NCBI RefSeq assembly: GCF_021028975.2
Contig: NC_059436.1
Location: 35,402,001 to 35,466,000, forward strand
Direction: 5' to 3'
Origin: Sphaerodactylus townsendi
Lineage: Eukaryota
DNA length: 64,000 bases
Notes under the pieces: generated by a model
What the model was told of the DNA's origin: nothing
The model's database searches: none
What the model saw: only the letters and a program-made list of their open reading frames with translations
Program-made: the position numbers and the translations under genes
Part shown: positions 1 to 12,914 of the stretch, in pieces
How positions within the stretch are numbered: position 1 is the stretch's first letter
How the letters are laid out: every line of letters begins with the position of its first letter

Positions 1-743
1 GAAGATTGTGAAGGCCTATGACCAATACAAGAAAACTTTTTGCTTGCTTGCTACTTTACTTGGAGAAAGCCAACATTTTCTCTAATTGAATGAAGAAAGT
101 TCAAGTAGTCAGAGAAAGTCACTCTGCACCTACTCAAAAACACTATATTCTATTTTGCGTGTTCTAGTTCACTGAACACTGGGGCAGATCCTGGTCTTGT
201 TGACAAAAGAAAGAAATACTATGTGCCTTCCTGCAAAGTTAAATAAAAACTGATCTTTGGACTTTCTCATATACCAACCTCTTACTAAAAGAGCCACTCC
301 CAGGCCCAGCCCACAGGCTTAAACAAAACCAGTTTCACTCCATCATTGTGATGTTAAACAGCTAAACAAATAAAGCTGTTTGAGGGATTTTTTTCCTCCT
401 TCCTTGCAAAAGTTTCCTACTGTTAGTAACACTTTCCCAACACATTCCTGTTTACTAGGATTTCAGCTCAGACCTGGCTTATCCAGCTCAACATTGTGCT
501 TAGCACTTTACGAGTACTCAAAAATAAGAACACATTCAAAATGTGCAGAAAGTGTTTTCCTCACAAGCTCAGTATAGACTGCCCGCCCTATACTTATTTC
601 AGAGTAGTAAGATTCCTTGGTGCCTGCAGCACTCCCATTTGGACTATTTGTAAAATGTTATGAAAGATTCGACATGAATCTCTGGGATGCCCATCAAGTC
701 TATGTCCAAGCTCACAATTGGACTTTGTCTCTAAACCTTCTAC

Positions 744-940
744 AAGGCATTCATGGCTGGAATCAACTGGTTGTTTCAGATTTTCTGTGTTGTGTGGCTG
801 TGGTCTGGTAGTTTTGCCCATTACATTTTACCTTGACCTATTATGGTTGGCATCTTCAGAGGCATATCACAGTAAGATTCATTTCTTTCTGTGGTGTACA
901 CAATCACTCCACACTGTGCCACGGAGAGAAACACATCTTA
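744..940 (-). mobile_element. Penelope-like retroelement terminal fragment, degraded
   Basis: Same family as the copies at 11.7 kb and 39.9 kb (ggcatcttcagagg, gtggtctggtag, tcaactggttg). Confidence 0.55.
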
Positions 941-1088
941 CCATGACATGCTGACCCAAAATATCCTTCTACAAGAATTCTTTTATTTTATGTAGCACTC
1001 TACATGGAGCAATCCTAAGCATGTCTCCTTGGAAGTAAGTCCAAGTTTATTTAATGGCACTTGCAGATTTTTTTGTAGGCCCCGATGG

Positions 1089-1530
1089 CAGCCAGTGTTG
1101 TGTAGCAGTTGAAGTGTTGGACAAGGATTTGGAAGACCCAGGTTTGAATCCCAGTTCTGCCATGAAAGCTTCCCAGGTGACCTTGGGCCAGTCATATACT
1201 TTCAGCTTAACCCAGTGGTGGTGAACCTTTGGCACTCCAGATGTTATAGACTACAATTCCCATCAGCCCCTGCCAGCACGGGCTTAACCTATCTCATAGG
1301 CCCCTTCTGCACACGCAAAATAATGCGTTTTCAAACCACTTTCACAACTGTTTGCAAGTGGATTTTGCTATTCCACACAGCTTCAAAGAGCACTGAAAGC
1401 GATTTGAAAGTGCATTATTCTGTATGTGCGGAATGAGCTATAGGGTTGTTGTGAGGCTAAAATGGGGGAGAGAATGATTTAAGCCACTTTTCGATTTCGC
1501 TGGAAAGGCAGAATATAAATAAAGCAAATA
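1089..1530 (+). mobile_element. Old tRNA/CORE SINE interrupted by a half hAT MITE (1213-1279) and a Harbinger-like MITE (1299-1439)
   Basis: A/B-box head (tgttgtgtagcagttg, ggtttgaatccc), CORE (ggtgaccttgggccagtc), and resumption at gggttgttgtgagg. The inner MITE has TIRs ggccccttctgcaca / tgtgcggaatgagct and a 3-bp ATA duplication. Confidence 0.65.
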
Positions 1531-1789
1531 AACAACGTTCCCATTTTCTAGACAGGGAATTGAGGCTGAGGAAGTATGACTTGTCCAAAGCTGTTGAGTG
1601 ATTTTAAAGAAGGAAGAATGGGAGGAAAAGAACGAAAAACTGGAGGTTGCAATCATAAGCTTGTTTCCATGAAAGTAAGTGCCATAGCAAAAACCTTTCC
1701 AGGGGCTGACTGTAGTGTTGGCAAAAACTACTGTGCATACCATGGACAGCTAGGGTGACAAATGCCTCATAAAACCAGATACATCACTA

Positions 1790-2047
1790 GAGGGGAAAAT
1801 AACCAGGCCCAGACTTACATACTTCAGTCATGTGATGCGATCAAATTTGCTAGAAAAAATATATGATGCTCGGACTTGTCAATGGCGGGAAAAGACCTGG
1901 ACACCAAAGAATACAATGGCTAGATACCATAAAAGCTGATACAGGCATGAGCATCAACCAGTTGAAGGAAGCAGTACTTAATTGAAAAATGTGGAAAGAG
2001 CTTGCAAATCGGGTCGCCAAGGGTCGAGAATGACTGAATGGATAACA
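1790..2047 (+). mobile_element. RTE/BovB-like LINE 3' fragment
   Basis: Decayed ORF end resembling the L.YFGH.MR...LEK..MLG...G.R..G....RW.D.I motif, followed by the tail gggtcgccaagggtcgagaatgactgaatgg. Confidence 0.55.
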
Positions 2048-2874
2048 TCCTCACCATCAAGTGCCATTGAAAGAAGTGGGAGATACTTCCAAGGAAGCCT
2101 GGTGATGCAGATTTATTATTTATCTAAACATTTCTCTTTTTGAGTGTCTCCAGATTTGATCCGCAAACAAAAACTGTGCACTGAAGGATCAGAGTATATG
2201 TCCAGTGCTGTAGTTAAAAGGCCACATCTCCTCAATTGTAGACCCATTCATTAGGTGGTGTTAAAACAGCACTCTTTACTTGCACTATTACCTATTTGAT
2301 TTTTATCGGTCCCTTCCTCCAAGGGAGTTACAGTAACGTACCTAGTTTCCCCAAACCAATTTTATCTTATAACTTCCTTATGAGGTAAGGTAAGCTGATT
2401 GAGAGTCACCAAATGAGGTTAATGACAGAGTGAAGATTTGAACTTGGGTCTCCCTACTCCCCCCTCAACACTATTTACTATACGATAGGAGCTCAAGAGA
2501 AATCTGACAGATTTCCTGATGCAACCTCCACAGGAGTTGCCAAGCGTGGGGGACCCCAGAAGTACTTATGTTGAAGACATGATCCTTTCGCTGCCCTCTG
2601 AACAAATCTGAATTCTCTCAACTGCTCAAAAAGGATAGCAAAACAATGAGGTAACCAAGTTCTTAATTGGGCCATTCCAGTGTCACAAAGACAATGCCTA
2701 CCTCTGTTTCCAGAACAGCGTATGTATCTTTTTGAGTACCTCCACAAACACAAACTGTGTTCCAAGAGTCTTGGAAACAGCCTTTGAGCTATTTCAGTTC
2801 TTTTAAGATTGCTAAAACACATTCAAGGAAAAGGCTTTTACCCAGAAGGACACCACCAATATATGCATTATATA

Positions 2875-2880
2875 TTTATT
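2875..2880 (-). terminator. Candidate polyadenylation signal (AATAAA) of TMEM203
   Basis: TTTATT on the + strand, about 490 nt past the TMEM203 stop. Confidence 0.55.
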
Positions 2881-3363
2881 CATAAATAACCAATGCAATC
2901 AGACTTTAGTCAAGACTGAAGGTATTCCAGAGATTGGAGACAGGTGAAACACCCAATAATAACACTATAATGAGCCCACTTTTCATCCATATATGACATC
3001 AGTGTAAAAACATCTTGTTAGTGCAGAACCAGAGTTTTGTTGTTGTTCCTCTTTCTTCTGTGTCAAGGCAGAAAATCAAATGATTTTCAGCAAATGGAAC
3101 ACCAGCGAGAGGCAGTTAACCACAAGGAATGGCCATGAAAGAGACATTGACATGATGTGTACGAAAGCCGAGGTCTTTGTTTTGTTGCCAGCGAAAGAGC
3201 TTAAGTATTCAGTTAACCGCAAGTCGATCTTGAATGCAATCTGGCAGTCAGCTAATCATTGGCAAGGCAGCATCCTTGTACAGTCATTTTAGGCAAGACA
3301 TAGTACCCTTCGTGAGTGGCGTAGTAAAAGTCTCTGCAGCACCAAAAGGACCCAGGATGGCAT

Positions 3364-3774
3364 CTAGTTGACCCTGCAGGCCCGGATCATGAGAAGCTGG
3401 AGGAGGATGAAGACGGGTGCCATGATAAGTCCGTACCACAATTCATGGCTCTGCTCACCTAGCTTCTGGCAGAGAAGCATCTCAAAGACAAACTTGAGGC
3501 TGAGCAAAGTGAGGATCCAGAATAGGCGCAACACCGCCAGGCGCTTCTCGCCATCCTGGAAGAGGCGCACTGAGACGATGGTAGTGAAATAGGTGCTCAG
3601 TCCATCGGCGGCGAAGAAAGGAGCAAAGACCCCCCACCAGCTCAGTCCGGTCGCCACCCCGTCCACCTTCAGCACAAGCAGGACGGAGGCCGCCAGGAGC
3701 GCCAGAGCCTGCAGGAGCAGCTCGAAGGGCGCAAAGCCCAGCCACTGCACCAGCTCCCGCAGAGAAAACAGCAT
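3364..3774 (-). CDS. TMEM203: Transmembrane protein 203, single coding exon, 136 aa (MLFSLRELVQWLG...LLMIRACRVN)
   Basis: ATG at 3774-3772 and TAG at 3366-3364. The sequence and 136-aa length match vertebrate TMEM203, and it sits head-to-head with NDOR1 as in human. Confidence 0.97.
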   Translation of the reverse strand: MLFSLRELVQWLGFAPFELLLQALALLAASVLLVLKVDGVATGLSWWGVFAPFFAADGLSTYFTTIVSVRLFQDGEKRLAVLRLFWILTLLSLKFVFEMLLCQKLGEQSHELWYGLIMAPVFILLQLLMIRACRVN

Positions 3775-3889
3775 CACGCCGCTGGGGGTGTGGGGGGAAC
3801 TTCCCCCGTCCTGCAAAGAGCAGGCTGGGCCAGAACGAGCTTGGCTTAAGAGAACGCTGTGTCTCTGTGTGAGTCCAAGGAGGCAGGGC

Positions 3890-4260
3890 GCTGCTGCGCA
3901 TGTGCAACCGGCGGCTGTTCCTGCGGGAAGCAGCAACGGAGAGGTTGAACGAGTGCCTCCCGGCAAGGCAGAAGGACGGCAACATGCACACATTAACGAA
4001 AGAAGGGGAAGGGGGAGCCAGAAAGGAACCCTGGTTGTTTTGGTCGCAGTCCCCGCTAGTCCGTTTCTCAACTTCCGGCGCGGTCTATTGACGTATGCGG
4101 AAGCAGGGAATGCCGGTTTTGACTGAGGTGAAGTGCCTGGGGAGTGAGGGAAAATAGGATAACGTAGGGGCTAGCCGTGTATGCAGTAACTGGACGGCCC
4201 AGTGGAGCTGAAACCTCCTTGGGGTGTAGCAAGGCTGCAGTAAAGAACAAAGGTACCTCT
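3890..4260. promoter_or_regulatory. Bidirectional CpG-rich promoter of TMEM203/NDOR1, including the probable non-coding first exon of NDOR1
   Basis: Motifs: NRF1-like TGCGCATGTGCA (3895-3906), ETS/GABP ACTTCCGG (4071-4078) and GCGGAAGC (4097-4104), CRE-like TGACGT (4089-4094). Candidate splice donors on + at 4127/4128 (GAG|gtgaag) and 4252/4253 (AAG|gtacct). Confidence 0.8.
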
Positions 4261-5493
4261 GATCATGGGCAGAGTGCGGCGCCCCTTTTCATATTCTGAC
4301 TGTAGCCTTATAGCTTGGTCTGGGAATGATTATCAGTGTCATCCAAAAGACAGGGGAGACCTGGGTTCAGATTCCTACGAAGCTCACTGGGTAACTTTGT
4401 CAATCGTTCAGTCTGACTTGTGAGAATCAAATGGAGGAGGAGAGAACAGCGAGTGTTGCCCCAAGTTCTTTTGCAGGAAGGCAAGGTAAGAAGGAGGTGG
4501 TAGCTAGTTGGTTAGTTAGATGGCTGTGTAGATAGCAGTGCTAGTCCGTTGTAGCAGAAGCAACAAAGAATCATGTGGCACCTTAAAAACTAACTTATTG
4601 TGGCAGGATCTTTATTTATTTATTTATTATTTAGGCTTATATACCACCATATCCCAAAAGGGGTGACATGCAAGGGAGGGGAGGGAAGGAAAGGTGCCCC
4701 AGCATCTGAGCTAGAAGCCGTTGTGTCTGACATATGATGTGACATTTAGTTGGCAGTTGTGTGTAGAGAGAAAAAATGTAAACAGTTGACTGAAAAGACT
4801 ATGAAATGCAAGAAATATAGTTTCTAATATTTCTTTGCCAAACAGAAATGTATACAAGGCAAGGGAAATTATTATTCTTAATGATAACAAAAACTGTTAT
4901 AATTTAGTCTGTAAATAAATGTGACAATTATTTGTTTCAAGACGTAAAGAACAAAAAGTAGTTCATAAAGTATGAACAAGTGAAGTCCACACTGTGTTGA
5001 TTATTAAAGATATATTACTTCTGTTTCAGAGGGCTGCTTTTCCTCCTGTATCCCATTCACCATGCTAATTTTGCTTTCCCTCTTCCTGGCAACCCTAACA
5101 TCATCAGAGGGAGAGGGAGGGGTGGCATGCAAGGGAGGGGAGTGAGTGAGGGGTAGCATGCAAGGGAGGGGAGGGAAGGAAAGGGGGCCCAGCATCTGGA
5201 CCTGCCTCACCCACCCTAGCGGAGGGAGGGGGAGAGGAGGAAGGGGTGGCAATCAAGGGAAGGGGAGGGAGGGAAGGGTGGCATGCAAGGGAGGTGAGGG
5301 AAGGGGAGAGGTTTCATTGTAATCTCCTTGTTGCTAATTAACAAGTAGGTATGCAGAATTGTACTAGTGTGGCCAATGGGTTTGACCTTCTTATAACCAG
5401 ACTATTATCTTTTTAAATTGGCCACTGTTCAAGTTTGTAGGCAAGAGAGATACTACACAGGATGGTTACTGTGGAACTGTTACTTTTAATGCG

Positions 5494-5515
5494 CACACAC
5501 ACACACACACACACC
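5494..5515. repeat. (CA)n microsatellite
   Basis: Seen directly. Confidence 0.9.
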
Positions 5516-7084
5516 CTTAGTGGTCTTTTGTGGAAAGATTTGGATGAATTATCTCTGCCTTGCTGAAGGCTGGCTCACAGAGCCACATTTGGGAAGTGGG
5601 AGCATGTGCAGTCAATCTGGGCAGATTCAGGAAAGAAAAGAAAGCAACTTTATGAAGAACCTGAGATTAGGAGAATGGGGCAAGTCTGAGCAAGCAACAC
5701 AAAGGAAGGAGGGAAAGAAAGCACGAAGGTACCAGAGTCTCTTAACCAAGAAGGGGAGGTGAAGGAGCAGGTATATCATTGGAAGCAGTGAGGGCCGAAT
5801 ATAACATAAATGTGACTTGGTCAGGCTGGGCCCTGGGGGAGATTGTTGCGGCTGCCTCGACTGGTGAACCCCCAGCAGCTTCCCCTGCTCAGACTGGCAC
5901 TGGGGAATTGGCTTCTTTGTCTTGAGAAGGCTTATCAGATCTGTAAGCCAGCTAAGGCAAGTACCCCTTGCTTCTGATCTGGCCTGGTTAGCTCGCATGG
6001 ATTCACCAGGCCAGATCAAGGGGGTGGGGTGGGGTGGGGTGGGGGTGTTGCCTCAACTGTCTCACGGCCCTGATAAGCCCTCTCAAGGGACCAGATGTGG
6101 TCCTCAGGCCACATGTTTGACACCCCTGCTTTAGAACAAGTCTGCCTAACCCCTTGGCTCCTGGGTTCTCCCCATTCCCCACCCCCACCTACCCACCCAC
6201 CCACCCATTTTTTGGGCTTCTCATACTGCTAGGAAGCCAGGTGGAGAGGGCAGGGTGGTGCTGGAGCAATGGCATCACGACCCACCCTCCCAGTCTAGAT
6301 TGGACTTTCAGTGTCCTATAGCACCCCTATCTTGTTGTCTTGGTCCCACATCTGCAACATGTAGTCCACATACCTTACTGGGTTGCTGTAACAGTTACTG
6401 AGATGCTGTATGTGAAGTGCTTCAAGTATTTGAATAATGCTATTATCATGATTTTTCCTCCTGCAGAGCAGTATGTTCGGTTTCCCCCTTCTCTGTGCAA
6501 ATTGCCCATATCTATGACAGTAGTACGTCCTGGTTTATTTCAGTTTTTATAGAATGGTAAAAATGCTGGCTGGTGGCTTTGGTGTGAACAGAATGTCTGT
6601 CATTTATTACCTTCAATCATTGTGCAAGATGGAAAAGAATGCAGCTTCAATATTCTCCTTTCCAGATCTTGGAAGTCAGCACATTCCAAGGGAAAAGAGC
6701 AGAAAGGGCAATAGCAGCAACTGGCCGGTCATGCCTAGGATGTTCCAGTTGAGGAACCCGTATATCTGGGTTCATTCTAGACAGTAAAGAATGATATCTC
6801 TCTTAAAAGGAAAGTTGACTGAGGAGTTCACTTCACAACTGGGACTGTTTTTGACAATGCTTCTGGATGGAAGGGAAAAGAGCAGTGACTCAGAGCAGAG
6901 CACCCGTCCTAAATTTAATCAATGGCATCTCCTGTGAAAGGATCTCGGGTAGCAGGTTTTGGGGAAGACCATTATATTTATTAACTTCATTTATACTCTT
7001 TCTCCCCCACTTGGGAACCCCAAGTGTCTTATAACATTCTAGCCTCTTCCATTTGATTGTGACTGTAACCCTGTGTGATAGGTT

Positions 7085-7221
7085 GGGGTCTGCAACCCGT
7101 GGCTCTCCAGATGTTCATGGACTACAAATCCCATCAGCCCCTGCCCACATGGCCAATTGGCAGGGGCTGATGGGATTTGTAGTCCATGAACATCTGGAGA
7201 GCTGCAGGTTGCAGACCTCTG
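7085..7221. mobile_element. Palindromic hAT MITE inserted in an old SINE
   Basis: Near-perfect hairpin centred on tggccaattggca; same family as 10490, 20394 and 44256. Confidence 0.8.
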
Positions 7222-8438
7222 GTTAGACTGAGAGGTAGTATGACTGACCCCTTAGCAAAGTCACTCAGCAAGATTCCATGGCGCTGTGGGGATTTGAATC
7301 TGGGTGTCCCCAATCCTGCTCTGACACACTAACCACTGTACTGCATTGATTCCTTCTCACTGTCTGAGGTACTGAAGGGTCACTGCCGGTCAGAGTAACA
7401 ATACACAGCTGGGTGAGCCAGTGGCATGAGATATGTTCATATGGGAACACATGTTCTTATTGAGAATTTGCAACAATAGTTTATGTTCTGTAAATGACAG
7501 GATCATTTTCCTTGCTAGAAATCTATAGGTGCAAGTCTGCAGGGGAGATGGAGAGAAGAAGCCAAGGTTCTTGGGTGCAGTGTTAAGTGTTTAGTTGCCT
7601 AGAATTTTTCTCCAATCCTTTTTGTGCCAAGTGATCTGTTTGAATACTTTTGCTGCAGGCTGCAGTTGTAGATCTGGTGCTTTTAACAAAGCTGTTAAAA
7701 CAACTTTATGAAGGTAGATCTACAAAAACCTGTCATGATAGTGGAATTGAGCCTCTCCATGCAGAGGTAGCATACTACTGGAGAGAAGTTGCAGTGGAGG
7801 ACTATTGTCCTCCTTCTTGGCTTGTAAGTTTCTTAGAAGCATTTCTTTTGCAAATGGAATGCCAGACTCGATGAGCATTGGTCTGATATTACGAGGCTGG
7901 CCTCATGGATACTCCATTTGGGACCAGAGGGTGGCCTTCAGTTGTCAATTCCTGCTATGTTACAATTCTGTAAAAAAAATGAAGGCCTGCATTGCCAGTT
8001 CTGTGCTTATTTTGTAAAAGTCCGCTCTATCAAACCAACATGTCTGAACTCTGCCAGAAGGCAGAGCCCAATCTACCCAGAAGAGAAAGATGCAAATAGG
8101 AATGTTTGAGCTCCCACAATCTCTCTCTTCCATCATTATTGTAAGGAAGGCAGGCTGTGCTTGGGAGCACTTTGCAACTTTCTTGTTGCTTTCCTGAGAG
8201 CAGGTAGATGCATTCATGGCATTCGTTCCTGGCCTCTGTGGGCGTACCTGTCTGTTTGCAGCAAGTTATATTCTAGGTACAGCTGGTTGAAATTCTATTT
8301 TCCTTCTTTTGCATTGTGAACCCTGTCATCCTTTTTTTAAAAAATGGGGGAAATATTTGGCTTTTAACAAAATACAAACAGAGTTGATACACCTGCTGTG
8401 TGTCATTCCCTCCCCCCTACCCCTGTTGCTTTCTTTAG

Positions 8439-8630
<192 letters not shown>

Positions 8631-9351
8631 TGACTTTAGACAAGTCACTCTGTCTTGCCCTCAGCCTCCCTATCTGGCATGTGGTGGTAGTAGTACATCC
8701 TGTAAAGATCCACGTTAGTTGTGCTGGTCCCTGGAGAACGAGGTTGACTCAGAGGGAATCCATTGGAAGCAACTGATTCTTTTCTTCACACATTACTGAA
8801 TTTAACCTGCTTTGTTGTTCAGGAATTTCTCTACAACTGTTAAGGGCACCCCCTATACTTAGAAATAGGCATCATATTGCATCAGATTTCATTCTCCACT
8901 TTAATTTGCTCATTTCTAAAATATTTTCTTTATCCAGTACTTAAGAATTGTGCAAACTGTTTTAAGAATCTTAAGTGTACCAAAGTATAGGGAAGCTTTT
9001 CCGTTGGCAAGTTGTAATGTCTTGCTATCTTTGAGGGCTGCTGTAAGCAAATCCCTTCAAATGTGTGATTTTGGTACAGTGCCAACATAGACTATAACCA
9101 CTGTGTTGTTCTGTAGTTACTGTAAAAGTGTCAGCAATGAAATAATTGTTCCACTCTTGGCCAAGGTTACCAGCCTTTCAGCAGTACTAGTTACTCTTTT
9201 CCATGCTGAAATTTTTTTACACATTACTGGGAAATCAGCTATTTTTAAATGTAGCAATTGAGACCAGACTTTGGATGCTCTATTATATATGCAGAAACTA
9301 TAATTTGTTTTAATGGCTGTGTTACTGAAAGATCTATTGATCATAAAATGA

Positions 9352-9465
<114 letters not shown>

Positions 9466-10239
9466 TGACGTTGGGGTTGATCACCAGGCCATCTGGCTTG
9501 GGGGAACAATAGCCAATTGAGTCAGGTCCTGGAAAAAAACTGAACCACTGAGTTTGCTTGGGGCCTGAGTGCTTTGCAGTTTTGTATCCTGTCTCTAAGT
9601 TTAAAGCTTCTTTATACAAAATCTGACCATTAATTGTCTCAGGCAAGGAGAATCTCGTCTCCTAATCGCAGCAGGCAAGGCTGAAAAAGAATTCTGCCCG
9701 GTATACAGCTAATGGTGTGACTTAGCTTCCTAAACAGAGCCAAGAGGCAGTGCTGCAAAGGATTCAGGCCCAGTGCATTGATTTTGTGTGTGTTTTTCCC
9801 AGCCCTGCCTACTGATATGTTTGCAAACTGGAGATGCTAGGGACTGCCTGCTTGCTCATTGTGCACCCTATGAGTGGTGATGGGGTGTAATATCATTGCA
9901 TTGTAAATAACAAAATCAGACTTTCAGTGGCCAGTAGCTCTGTTCCTGAGAAACACAAACCTCCACATAATTGATGGCAAAGTGCCTAATAATCATGAGG
10001 AACATGGGATTGTGAAAGGGAAGTTAGTCTATACAGTTAATATACAGTTGCATATAGCGTACTGTATGTCAGATCTTATTATATACATTTTGCACCACAT
10101 AAGGTGTCACATTAATACTTATGCTATGCTACTTACTGTTCTTTCTAATGGTTCCAGAATTCTATGATCCTTATGAATTATCTATTGAATATCCCATTTT
10201 GTTTGATTGTGCTGACCCACTATGTGTAGTCAGCCCTGA

Positions 10240-10449
<210 letters not shown>

Positions 10450-10489
10450 TAAGTGCAAGATAAGTATAAGGAGAATTGTTGGGGTAGAT

Positions 10490-10643
10490 CAGGGGTGTCC
10501 AACTGTGGTGCCCCAGATGTTCATGGACTACAGTTCTCATCATCCCCTGCCCGCATGGCCAATTGGTTCAGGGCCAAGCTGGCAGGAACTGATTGGGAAT
10601 CGTAGTCCATGAACATCTGGGGTGCCAGAGTTGGACACCCCTG
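10490..10643. mobile_element. Palindromic non-autonomous hAT MITE in NDOR1 intron 3
   Basis: TIR CAGGGGTGTCCAAC; 8-bp TSD GGGTAGAT (10482-10489 and 10644-10651). Confidence 0.9.
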
Positions 10644-10702
10644 GGGTAGATTGTGCATGGTTTCCGTTGATGCTGAGAGGAGATGCAGCTCTGGGGGACT
10701 AA

Positions 10703-10861
<159 letters not shown>

Positions 10862-11545
10862 TAAGAAGTAGCAGTTGCGGTTGGCTTCTCCTGCAAACCC
10901 TGGGCACTAGTTGGCCATCTATGGAAGCCTGATCTTGAGGGATTCTCCCTGCCCCCCTTCTCTCTTTGTGAACTCACATGCCTTCCTAATCATCTGTTCT
11001 GAACAAAAGCTTAGCATCTATGACATTCAATCAGATTTTTCCAGCTGTCCATTTTTCCTTCATAATGTGAAATTTGTCCCCATTTCAGGGGATAGAACAC
11101 AAATGATATTCTCCTGCCTTTGTTGGGGAAGGTAGGTGCTGTCCCAATCGCTTTATGTTCCCATGCCTTTTTATGTTCCAAATTCTCTTCTGCCAGCAGA
11201 TTTTTAAAAGATGTACATATATAGTTTTAAGATATTTTATACTTTTAATTGCAAGTTTTATTATCGACCTTATGCTGGTCTATGACCATAATAAAGATTG
11301 ATTGATAGATGTTGTAGGGACTAAGGAAATAAACATTCTCTGCATGGACTCAGAGGCATGTTCTGCCTTGGAAGCTTGCAAGCATGGATAGAAATCCCAA
11401 AGAATGTGGGCCACCCCTGTTTTCTGGGCTTCATGCATTCTGCCATTAGAAATAGTGTTTAGGATCAAACACTGAGCATGTTCAGGTTCAAAAGTTGCTC
11501 CTCCCCCATCCAAAATGACTCCCATCTTTGGTTTGTTTTCTGCAG

Positions 11546-11647
11546 CCCAGATGCGGTAATTGATCCGTGGCTTTTGAACTTGTGGGAGAAGATCTTAGCT
11601 TTATATCCTCTTCCTTCCGGCCTCAACATCATTGGTCCAGACATCGT
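11546..11647 (+). CDS. NDOR1: NDOR1 coding exon 5 (PDAVIDPWLLNLWEKILALYPLP...)
   Basis: tgcag|C ... GT|gtaagt; 102 nt. Confidence 0.93.
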
Positions 11648-11678
11648 GTAAGTAGAGGAAAAACAACATGTTGAGAAT

Positions 11679-12069
11679 ATGCACACAGTGCATAACAGAC
11701 TATCCTCTGTGATGCACCTCTGAAGATGCCAGCCACAGATGCAGGCAAAACGTTAGGAACAAGATCCACCAGACCACGGCCACACAGCCCGAAAAACCCA
11801 CCACAACCAGTTGATTGTGGTGGGTTGGTTGTGATGCCAGGGATTCTGGTTGTTCTCAATGAATCTTTGCCTGCATCAACTGTTGGCACATCTTCAGAGG
11901 TGCATCACAGAGGATAGTCTGTTATGCACTGTGTCCAGTCTTTTAAATGTGTAACAGACTTCCCTCTGTGATACACCTCTGAAGATGCCAGCCACAGATG
12001 CAGACGAGACGTTAGGAACAAGATCCACCAGACCACGGCCATACGGCCTGGAAAACCCTCCACAACCAG
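11679..12069. mobile_element. Composite Penelope-like insertion (+/-/+ terminal units) with hammerhead-like motifs
   Basis: 12-bp direct flank CATGTTGAGAAT (11667-11678 and 12070-12081). Perfect 46-bp inverted repeat at 11683-11728 and 11889-11934. CTGAAGA...(G/A)A(A/G)ACGTT cores. Confidence 0.7.
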
Positions 12070-12719
12070 CATGTTGAGAATTTTGCCTTGTGTTGTCTCC
12101 AGTTCTGCTTTTAAAAGAGCAAGGGGGCTGTGGCTCAATGGCAGAGCACCTACTTTGAATGCAGAAGGGACCAGCTTCAGTCCCCGACATCTCCAGTTGA
12201 AAAAAATGGGTAGTCTATGATGTGAAAAACGTCTGATTGAGAACTAGGAGAGCCGCTGTAAGTCAGTATAGACAACACTGATACAACACCAGTGGCCTGA
12301 ATTGGAATAAGGCAGTTTTGGGTTCTAGTTCTTACCTTTGAAAGGATATGGGCAATAAGTGTTGTCTTGGGAGTCAGAAGAAGAATATGTTAGCTCTTTC
12401 CGCGGCATCTGCATAACTTCTTGTTCCTTTCCATGGATAGCAGAATACATGGTGCAAATATATTATCTGGGCACAGGATTTGTTTTACTGGTGCCAATTT
12501 TTCTTTTTCAAAATAGTACTGATGAAACCATCTAAAGGGTTATAGTCTGAGTTTGCATGTTTTCTTAGGCTGTTGTTGTTACTCTCTGGGTCTGCACTTT
12601 GTTGAATTCTAGAGAAAGGGGCTGGTTTCCTGTGGCAGATTCAAACAGAGACAGAGTGTGGTGCTACAAAACGAAAAGGGATATACTTGATTCTCTCCAT
12701 GTTTCTTTTTTTCTTCCAG

Positions 12720-12914
12720 TTTGCCACCCAAATTCACCTTTCAGTTTTTAGAAGAGGATTCTGGCCCTTTTCAGCAGGAGGAAGTCACCCGAGAGGCCCC
12801 TTCAGAGTTGCATCCCTTTGCTGCCCGGATGGTATCCAATCAGAGAGTGACAGCAGAATCTCATTTCCAGGATGTTCGCCTGATTGAATTTGATATCACA
12901 GGATCTGGAATGGA
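12720..12914 (+). CDS. NDOR1: NDOR1 coding exon 6 (LPPKFTFQF...SHFQDVRLIEFDITGSGM)
   Basis: ttccag|T ... GA|gtgagc; start of the FAD-binding domain; 195 nt. Confidence 0.95.

Noticed and set aside
3593-4126. 177-aa ORF antisense to TMEM203 and other overlapping ORFs
   Set aside because: Shadow frames of a GC-rich coding and promoter region; GTG start and no recognisable motif.
5100-5310. Repeated ggcatgcaagggagg units with G-tracts (also 4660-4710), superficially like a repeat-spacer array
   Set aside because: Irregular purine-rich low-complexity repeat, probably transposon-internal. There are no unique spacers and the context is eukaryotic, so it is not CRISPR.
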